Below are positions 54,232 through 64,000 of a stretch of DNA of 64,000 bases, in pieces; positions within the stretch are counted from its first letter, which is position 1; every line of letters starts with the position of its first letter. Location: positions 64,001 through 128,000 of the IMG/VR virus record IMGVR_UViG_3300031521_000011; one strand, 5' to 3'. The notes beneath the pieces are model-generated. The model saw only the letters and a program-made list of their open reading frames with translations, was not told the origin of the DNA and did no database searches. Made by a program: the position numbers and the translations under genes. Origin of the DNA: a virus.

Positions 54232-54232
54232 T

Positions 54233-55789
54233 ATGGACATAAAGGCGGTTTCAGATCAGTTATCCAATTTCTACAAAGACTATAGTGGAAATCCAGAAAC
54301 CATGAATAGGTTTTTTGAGATATTCGCCGGAGCTGTAGATGTTGGATGCTCCTATATGAAGGGTATCAAGAGGAACAGTATACTGAGCACCATCGAGACA
54401 TATCGCAAGGTGCCTTATTTCGCTATGAATATCTCTTCGATATCCTATTCTCTAACCAGCCTTTTAGCGAATCCATACACGGAAAAAGGTTTAGGATTAA
54501 CTCGGTCTACATTATCCTCGAGGATTGAGCATTGGAATGCGACAGCAACAGTAGATCAAAAAGTAACGATATTAGATCAGGCATGGCTATACTGCACATT
54601 AAGGTTAGATCTTGAAGATGACGTTCAGGATGAGGGCCAGAAAATATATGGATCTGACGGCGTAATTATTGATTTAAAGGTGGAAACCGTTGGTGGGATC
54701 GTTCTGCATCCTGAAAAGGACTATGTTCTCAGGGACCATAGATTCTATTTACTGAATGATATCGGAAAAATAGATGATGCTAAAGACATGATTGTACTTA
54801 AGGATATTTTGATTGACTACAATATTTCATATAATAGGCTTGGCCTGTTTCTCAATGCCCCGTATCAAAATATAATTTCAAAGCCTGAATACACAGCAAT
54901 CAATAAGGTATTTTTGCAAGCTGCGCTGAAGGGTTCTACAATTAAAAATATCAAGGAAGCGATTGCTGCAGCGTTCGGTTGGAAATCCGCGCAGGTATAC
55001 GACATGGAATCTAACCTTACTGCCGTGCAGCAGGCATACTGGACATCTGGGGCTTACAGTCCGTATCACTTCATTATCAGCATGCCGGTTGAGTATTATT
55101 CAGATAGCGCAAAAATTGCAATGCTGGACTTCTATCTGTCGGTAATTACGCCGGCATATACAAAGCATGTCATCCAGTGGTCGGATTTGGCGTTTGAGAC
55201 TATGGGCATTGCGGAAACTCAATCATTCAAGTTGACGCATCCGCCAGTCAATGATACTATGATACTTAGAGATGCAGTAGTTCCAAAAGCGTATGCTTTG
55301 GTGGAAAAAATAGAAACTGTAATATATCAGGAATTATCTGGATTTGACTCCAATGTCATTATCGGTGTTGATGGAGCCGTTCAGTCAGATCAAGATGAGC
55401 CGGTGCATGTCCTTCTTGAAGGGGAGACGACCGATCCGGGTCCTGGTATTATCGAAGCGGGAGAGTGGACAGATACGGTTGGGGTTAACCTAATCACTTT
55501 TCCTCAGATACCTCTCTTGGTTTCATGTACGGTAAATGGTACCATCGCAAGCATAAAATTCAAGAATATATGTGTTGGAATTGCCTACTACCAAATCTTA
55601 AAAAATGGTATTGAGACAGGCAGAGTAACCCCAGATATCCCTGGATCAGGTGAACAACTTGAGTATCAAGAGTCTCCAGGTCATGGAACATTCAGATATT
55701 CCATTAGGGCGGCGTGGATACCATTCCCAACAAGGCCTACCGATGTACAATATTCGCTTGAGTGCCCAAAAACAACACTTACATTATAA
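54233..55789 (+). CDS. baseplate wedge protein
   Basis: KGST..NIK.A and PAYT motifs of baseplate I-like proteins; follows J. Confidence 0.6.
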   Translation: MDIKAVSDQLSNFYKDYSGNPETMNRFFEIFAGAVDVGCSYMKGIKRNSILSTIETYRKVPYFAMNISSISYSLTSLLANPYTEKGLGLTRSTLSSRIEHWNATATVDQKVTILDQAWLYCTLRLDLEDDVQDEGQKIYGSDGVIIDLKVETVGGIVLHPEKDYVLRDHRFYLLNDIGKIDDAKDMIVLKDILIDYNISYNRLGLFLNAPYQNIISKPEYTAINKVFLQAALKGSTIKNIKEAIAAAFGWKSAQVYDMESNLTAVQQAYWTSGAYSPYHFIISMPVEYYSDSAKIAMLDFYLSVITPAYTKHVIQWSDLAFETMGIAETQSFKLTHPPVNDTMILRDAVVPKAYALVEKIETVIYQELSGFDSNVIIGVDGAVQSDQDEPVHVLLEGETTDPGPGIIEAGEWTDTVGVNLITFPQIPLLVSCTVNGTIASIKFKNICVGIAYYQILKNGIETGRVTPDIPGSGEQLEYQESPGHGTFRYSIRAAWIPFPTRPTDVQYSLECPKTTLTL

Positions 55790-55801
55790 GGAGAAAGATG
55801 T

Positions 55802-56308
55802 ATGAATACTTTTGAAGAAACATTCCCGATGAGGGGCAGCGTATCAAAAATTCTAAGGGATAGAGACTGGAACGTTGTTGAGCAACATATTGAGCATAAC
55901 GTTATTCTCAATATTGGAAAAAACTTTATCCTGAAAGTTTTGACGGGAGAAATGGCTGGTAGGTTTATCGCAACGATGGAGGTCGGCACCGGCGGTGTTG
56001 ATCCAGCTCATCCATTTGTTGCCCTTGAAGCAAACTCCACCAATATCGGATTAGCCATTCCAATAGCTGGCGGTAAAGGAGAAAAGTCCATCGATTCCTT
56101 TACCTATAATGGTACATCTCCGGAGCAATCAGTAACATTTCGCGCTGTGTTTCTCAGTTCCACTGTGGATGCAACCGTATCGGAAGTTATTTTGAAATTC
56201 AATTCTGCAGGCAGCACGCCAGCAGCGCGACATACATTCCCCTCCATGTACATGGAGGATATTTCAGGATATTCACTCGAGATTTCATGGACATTAACAT
56301 TTGCATAA
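55802..56308 (+). CDS. baseplate/tail-fibre attachment protein
   Basis: NVILNIGK...VGTGG...AR.TF motif of fibre N-terminal domains. Confidence 0.6.
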   Translation: MNTFEETFPMRGSVSKILRDRDWNVVEQHIEHNVILNIGKNFILKVLTGEMAGRFIATMEVGTGGVDPAHPFVALEANSTNIGLAIPIAGGKGEKSIDSFTYNGTSPEQSVTFRAVFLSSTVDATVSEVILKFNSAGSTPAARHTFPSMYMEDISGYSLEISWTLTFA

Positions 56309-56326
56309 TGTATCTACAGGGAGGAC

Positions 56327-57757
56327 TTGACGATGTCAGCTATAATTGATGTAAAATATAAGGCACAAATCACCAGCCTTACTTTCAACAGTAAGCTGGA
56401 TGCGCTATACGGTGCATCCGGTATCGTGGAAGGTATGGCTGTTACTCCCGATACTGGATTAAGAGTCGTAATTGGCGCCGGCCACTATATTATCGGTGGA
56501 GTTTCCTTATATGAAAATGGGACGATTAGTCCTGGAAACCCATTTCTTTTGGCGAGTTCACCGCCACTCGTTACGACGGTATATTACGTCATTGCTACTT
56601 ATGACCATCTGCTCTCCACTGTAGAATATGCTATAACAACCAATGCTGGCCTACTTGGCAATCCTAAAATAATCAAACTGGCTACTGTGACGTTGGCGCC
56701 CGGCGCTGCCTCTGTGACCAGCGGGAACATCGTCAAAGGATACGTCTTACTGAGAATTAAGGAACTGTCAGATCGCATGTACAATAAGCTGGATGCCATC
56801 GCTGCGAGTGATGACACATCAAGCGATACGGCGCTGACGAAATTGGTGTCCGATGCTCAGATGAAAAAATTGACCACCCTATCTCCGCATCCGGTATTCG
56901 CGGCATATTCCCAGGTAGATGATGGTACCGGTATCACGTTCTATACGGATATCAATGTAAATACGAACGGACATGTTATTGGCGGGCACCGGAAAACAAT
57001 CACAAAGCTGGATATTACAAATCTAGGCATTCCAGGTAGTAATACCACATATGCCGGATTTACTGACGACTCCACTAATGCTACCAGAAGCAAACTAGTC
57101 AGTGATCTTGAGATGAAGAATCTGGCTGACTTAATGAATGACGCGCTCACCTCAGTTCCGATAGCTTCAGCCAGCGACGTTGGCGGTGTGAAAATAGCTG
57201 CGCCTATGGCAATTGCCAATGGTATATTGAGCTTGGCCGGCTATAGCTCAGCAACAAAGGTTGTAGATAGCGCCACTGGCCACAAGCATTTGCTGGCAGA
57301 GTCAGACATTACCAATCTGGTTAACGACCTATCGGCGAAAGCAACAACCGCCTATGTTGACCAGAAGGTCGGTGAAATCTCCAGCGGCCTGGTATGGAAA
57401 GATCCAGTCACAAACTACGCCAACATTGCTACGACATACCCATCACCTCAGGATGGATGGGTTGTTTCCGTAACAAGCACGGGTAACACCTATAGGTACA
57501 GCGGAACGACTTCGACATGGGTGTTATTTAACCTGGTAAGCATCCCACTTTCCTCCGCCACGGTAGATGGATTGATGGCGAAAGCACACTATACCGCGAT
57601 GACCGAACTGATCAGTGGATTGAATTTGAACGCAGCCCGATTCCATAAACACAGCTGGGATCAGCTTACATCGGTTCCAACGACATTTACACCGGCAGCC
57701 CATGGACATTCTGATCCTGACACGGCTGGCAGGTTGGTATATGCTGTTTATGCGTAA
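56327..57757 (+). CDS. tail fibre protein
   Basis: Beta-rich N-terminus; GHKH, HKHSW and HGH metal-binding fibre motifs; AS...GGVK; DGLM. Confidence 0.7.
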   Translation: MTMSAIIDVKYKAQITSLTFNSKLDALYGASGIVEGMAVTPDTGLRVVIGAGHYIIGGVSLYENGTISPGNPFLLASSPPLVTTVYYVIATYDHLLSTVEYAITTNAGLLGNPKIIKLATVTLAPGAASVTSGNIVKGYVLLRIKELSDRMYNKLDAIAASDDTSSDTALTKLVSDAQMKKLTTLSPHPVFAAYSQVDDGTGITFYTDINVNTNGHVIGGHRKTITKLDITNLGIPGSNTTYAGFTDDSTNATRSKLVSDLEMKNLADLMNDALTSVPIASASDVGGVKIAAPMAIANGILSLAGYSSATKVVDSATGHKHLLAESDITNLVNDLSAKATTAYVDQKVGEISSGLVWKDPVTNYANIATTYPSPQDGWVVSVTSTGNTYRYSGTTSTWVLFNLVSIPLSSATVDGLMAKAHYTAMTELISGLNLNAARFHKHSWDQLTSVPTTFTPAAHGHSDPDTAGRLVYAVYA

Positions 57758-57775
57758 ATCTGGAGAGGTATAGGT

Positions 57776-60724
<2,949 letters not shown>

Positions 60725-60761
60725 TATATCGAATATCAAAGAATTAAATGGGGAGGAAATA

Positions 60762-61343
60762 ATGAAATCTGAATGGGAACAAGCAACAGATTGGGAAAGG
60801 GAATGGCACGGAAACTGTGTCAACTCATACCAAGAGGAGACTAAACAGATTGAATACGCAAAACGAATGGGTCTGGTTATCGAAGGTAGAGATGGAAGAT
60901 ACCCTATTATCGATTTCCATGACAAATCTGTTATCGACGTTGGAGGTGGACCATATTCATTGCTACTCAAGGGAATCAATCTGCATGGAACCGTGCTTGA
61001 TCCTTGTAAATACCCTCAATGGGTATACCAAAGATATGCGGCGGCCGGAATCCATATCATCGAGATGAAGGCTGAGGACTACTGCAATCCACGCTATGAC
61101 ATTGGGCTTCTGTATAACTGTCTGCAGCATACAGAAAATCCAAAGAAGATCATTGAAAATATGAAAAAGATGTGCGACTTGATTTATATCCATGAATGGC
61201 TAGATACACCAATATCGGATGGCCACATACAGACAATCCGGGAAGCGGATCTTAATGAGTGGTTAGAAGGAATTGGAATGATTGGATATGAACGCTGGAG
61301 CGACACTGTTGTAACGCCGTACTACTACGGATTGTTTATATAG
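60762..61343 (+). CDS. class I SAM-dependent methyltransferase
   Basis: VIDVGGG motif I, LDP, YNCLQH...P; ATG 60762 with GGGGAGG RBS. Confidence 0.8.
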   Translation: MKSEWEQATDWEREWHGNCVNSYQEETKQIEYAKRMGLVIEGRDGRYPIIDFHDKSVIDVGGGPYSLLLKGINLHGTVLDPCKYPQWVYQRYAAAGIHIIEMKAEDYCNPRYDIGLLYNCLQHTENPKKIIENMKKMCDLIYIHEWLDTPISDGHIQTIREADLNEWLEGIGMIGYERWSDTVVTPYYYGLFI

Positions 61344-61361
61344 AAAGAAGGAGTAAGCAGA

Positions 61362-62477
61362 ATGGAGAAACCAACAATTCATGTTATAGGGATGCCGCAT
61401 ATTCAAACCTCAAAAGCATATTGCAGAGATGCTTATGGAATGAAGATACTTCATTTTTGCCAAATGATGCATAAAGAAGGATACAAAATCATGCTTTATG
61501 CCAGTGAGGATAATGAGACGCCTGCCGAATTATTCACATGCATCACTAAAGCTCAGCAAGCCAAGCTGGGTTTTGAAGGCCCTGAAGACTATCTGAACAT
61601 ACAGTTCGATGTCACCAAGCCTATCTGGCAGATATTTCAGTCCAGAGTGACTTATTTTCTGAATAAAAATGTAAGTCCCGGAGACATCATTGGTACATTC
61701 TCTGGGCTTTGCGACAAATCCATTGCTGACGCCTTTCCGCAATGCTATTTTGTAGAACTCGGGATCGGGTATTCTGGCGTATTTTCTGGCTTCCGCATCT
61801 TTGAATCTTATGCCTGGATGCATACGATTTACGGAGCATCCACCGGAAACGCATCTGCAACAGACGGCAAATTCTACGATACTGTGATCCCGAATTATTT
61901 TAATCCCGATGATTTTCCATTTAAAAGCGAAAAGGAAGATTATTTCCTATTCGTCGGGAGAATGATCTATCGGAAAGGAATTGTCATCATCAACGACATG
62001 GCTAAGCGTATGCCAAATACTAAATTTATCTTTGCAGGACAAGGCGCCGTTCAGTATAAAAACAAAATAGGTTGTAGCGATGGAACTGTTCTTGAGGGGG
62101 ATAACCTGGAGTATATCGGAACTATCAATATAGAGCAGCGTGGTAAGCTGATGAGCGGAGCAAAAGCTCTCATTGTGCCTACTATTTACATCGGACCTTT
62201 TGAGGGCGTTCATGCAGAGGCTATGTTTTGCGGAACGCCCGTAATAACCACGAACTTTGGTTGCTTTACAGAGACGAATATCGATGGTGTTACTGGATAC
62301 CGATGCTCTACGATCAAACAATTCGTTGAAGCTGCAAGCAAGGTATCATCCCTCGATCCTATGAAGATACGGGCTCATGCCCTGTCAAAATTTTCTATGG
62401 ATAGTGTTGCTCCTCAATATACGAAATATTTTGAGCAAATTCAGGGTTTAGCTAACGGCGGATTCTATGAAATGTAG
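61362..62477 (+). CDS. GT-B (GT4-like) glycosyltransferase
   Basis: VIPN, LFVGR...KG, F...EAMFCGTPVIT, DGVTG. Confidence 0.85.
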   Translation: MEKPTIHVIGMPHIQTSKAYCRDAYGMKILHFCQMMHKEGYKIMLYASEDNETPAELFTCITKAQQAKLGFEGPEDYLNIQFDVTKPIWQIFQSRVTYFLNKNVSPGDIIGTFSGLCDKSIADAFPQCYFVELGIGYSGVFSGFRIFESYAWMHTIYGASTGNASATDGKFYDTVIPNYFNPDDFPFKSEKEDYFLFVGRMIYRKGIVIINDMAKRMPNTKFIFAGQGAVQYKNKIGCSDGTVLEGDNLEYIGTINIEQRGKLMSGAKALIVPTIYIGPFEGVHAEAMFCGTPVITTNFGCFTETNIDGVTGYRCSTIKQFVEAASKVSSLDPMKIRAHALSKFSMDSVAPQYTKYFEQIQGLANGGFYEM

Positions 62478-62533
62478 TTGAAAACTGGCGCACTGAAAGA
62501 TTATTAGGTATACTTAGATTCGGGGTGATAATT

Positions 62534-64000
62534 ATGGCTTTCGTAACGGCTGGCGTTAAAATCTACGCCACCAACTATAATAGAGTAAAGGGCAGAATAG
62601 CAGCTGAGTTAGCTCGGCGTGGATTGACATCCACATTGAGAAGCAATGTTACCGCTGGAATAAAGATGCTGGCAACTGATATGTCTAGCCTTCAAACCAA
62701 TATTAATAAGATTGCCACGCACTATTCTTCGCTTATGGCGGCTGGTACTAAAATCAGAGCTTCTGACTATAATAACCTGGATGACCAAGTGCAGGCGCAT
62801 GTCAACTTTGATATTTATTCGCTGGTCGCCACGGATTGCGCCTCAAGCTGTACCGGTGGATGCTATACCGCCTGCTCAGCAAGCTGTAAAAATACGTGTA
62901 CCGGTAACTGCTCAACGTCCTGTAGCGGAGCGTGTGGTGTTGTCTGCACCGCTTCATGTGGTGGCTGTGGCGCAGGCTGTTGGAGTACCTGCGCGGCGGG
63001 ATGCGCTGGCTGTAGCGGCACCTGCAATGGATGCACTGGACAATGCTCATCAACATGCAAAACGGCATGCGCCGGCTGTGGAACGAGTTGCGTGACGGCA
63101 TGCAGCACCGGATGCAATGGATGCACCGGGCACTGTAATGGATGCACTGGTCAATGTTCCGCCAAATGCGCTACTGTATGCGCAAGCTGCTCTGGACAGT
63201 GTAGCAGCGCATGCGCCGGTGGATGTCATGGATGCTCAGGACAGTGCGATACAGACTGCACAGGGGCCTGTACCGGGCGTTGTCTTACCGTATGCGGTGT
63301 ATGTGCCTCTAGCTGCTCAAGCGCTTGTAAGGGCTGCAGTGGGTGTTCTACGTCATGCGGATCTAACTGCTCGACGAACTGTGGTACAGATTGTGCTGGT
63401 GGATGCAATACCAACTGCACTGGCTCATGTACTTCGACCTGTTCTATAGCGTGCTATAGTGTTTGCGGGGGCTGCTCTAACGGATGCGCCAGCTGTACTG
63501 GAGGATGTCAGGGTGCCTGTAAGGGATGCGATACGACGTGTAGCACAGGATGCAGTGGGGCCTGTAAGGGGTCATGCAACAACGGCTGCACTGGTTGTGA
63601 TACAGTATGTACAGGCGGCTGTAAGGGATGCAGTGCATGTGGAAATGGAAGCTGCTCTCAATCATGCGGAATCGCGTGTTCGTCCTGCAAGGGTGCATGC
63701 ACTGGTTGCTCAACCGGATGTTCTACAAGTTGTAATGCCGCATGCACTACTGGTTGCGGAAGTACCTGTGATAATAACTGCGCCAGTGATTGTGAAGGTG
63801 GATGCACCGGTACCTGTAATGGCTGTTCTACCACATGCACCGGCGGATGTTCAACCGCCTGTACGGCTTGTGGTGGAAATTGCGATAATAACTGCGCCAG
63901 TAATTGCGAGGGTGGATGCACCGGTGGATGCACGGCATGCAATACTACATGCAGCAGTGGGTGTAAGGCAACCTGTAAAGATGCATGCGGCGGATGTGCG
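62534..64000 (+). CDS. giant Cys-rich CxxxC/CxxC-repeat protein, partial (runs off the window; not in the ORF track)
   Basis: GGGGTGA RBS and ATG 62534; open for 489 codons; 101-aa Cys-free N-terminus, then about 100 Cys (DCASSCTGGCYTACSASC...CKATCKDACGGCA). Confidence 0.9.
   Translation, partial: MAFVTAGVKIYATNYNRVKGRIAAELARRGLTSTLRSNVTAGIKMLATDMSSLQTNINKIATHYSSLMAAGTKIRASDYNNLDDQVQAHVNFDIYSLVATDCASSCTGGCYTACSASCKNTCTGNCSTSCSGACGVVCTASCGGCGAGCWSTCAAGCAGCSGTCNGCTGQCSSTCKTACAGCGTSCVTACSTGCNGCTGHCNGCTGQCSAKCATVCASCSGQCSSACAGGCHGCSGQCDTDCTGACTGRCLTVCGVCASSCSSACKGCSGCSTSCGSNCSTNCGTDCAGGCNTNCTGSCTSTCSIACYSVCGGCSNGCASCTGGCQGACKGCDTTCSTGCSGACKGSCNNGCTGCDTVCTGGCKGCSACGNGSCSQSCGIACSSCKGACTGCSTGCSTSCNAACTTGCGSTCDNNCASDCEGGCTGTCNGCSTTCTGGCSTACTACGGNCDNNCASNCEGGCTGGCTACNTTCSSGCKATCKDACGGCA

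Noticed and set aside
62609-63942. Short ORFs listed by the track in the last 1.4 kb
   Set aside because: Alternative-frame or antisense shadows of the Cys-rich ORF starting at 62534.

Overview
The whole window is part of a large contractile-tailed (myovirus-type) dsDNA phage genome, read in the standard code. The host is probably a Firmicute (Clostridia-like), judging from strong AGGAGG/GGAGG Shine-Dalgarno sites, an AbrB homologue, SH3b/NlpC-P60 wall-lytic domains and sigmaA-type promoters. The + strand carries the virion genes: terminase, internal head proteins, portal, then (27.3-64 kb) prohead protease, scaffold-like proteins, major capsid, neck, sheath, tube, frameshifted tail chaperone, tape measure, hub/baseplate and fibres. 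A - strand block (19.7-26.7 kb, plus 0-1.3 kb) carries DNA-metabolism and regulatory genes (DinG, RuvC-like, SSB-like, HU, AbrB). An iteron/inverted-repeat origin-like region sits at the divergence point. Five things stand out. (1) A self-contained transcription system: a single-chain beta-beta' RNA polymerase after the portal, a sigma70-like factor inside the baseplate operon, and a stand-alone sigma region-4 protein. (2) A 15-bp motif, GTATAAGWDAKAAAA, found five times, only upstream of - strand non-structural genes, while structural genes have host-type TTGnnn-17-TATAAT promoters. (3) A recurring K-x-A motif in head proteins and in the sigma factor, likely a prohead-protease processing/packaging signal. 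(4) A fibre-modification locus: GxT collagen fibre, methyltransferase and glycosyltransferase. (5) An ORF missed by the ORF track (62534 to the window edge) with about 100 Cys in CxxxC/CxxC spacing, resembling a giant radical-SAM (ranthipeptide-type) substrate. All calls are from motif reading by eye; no searches were run.
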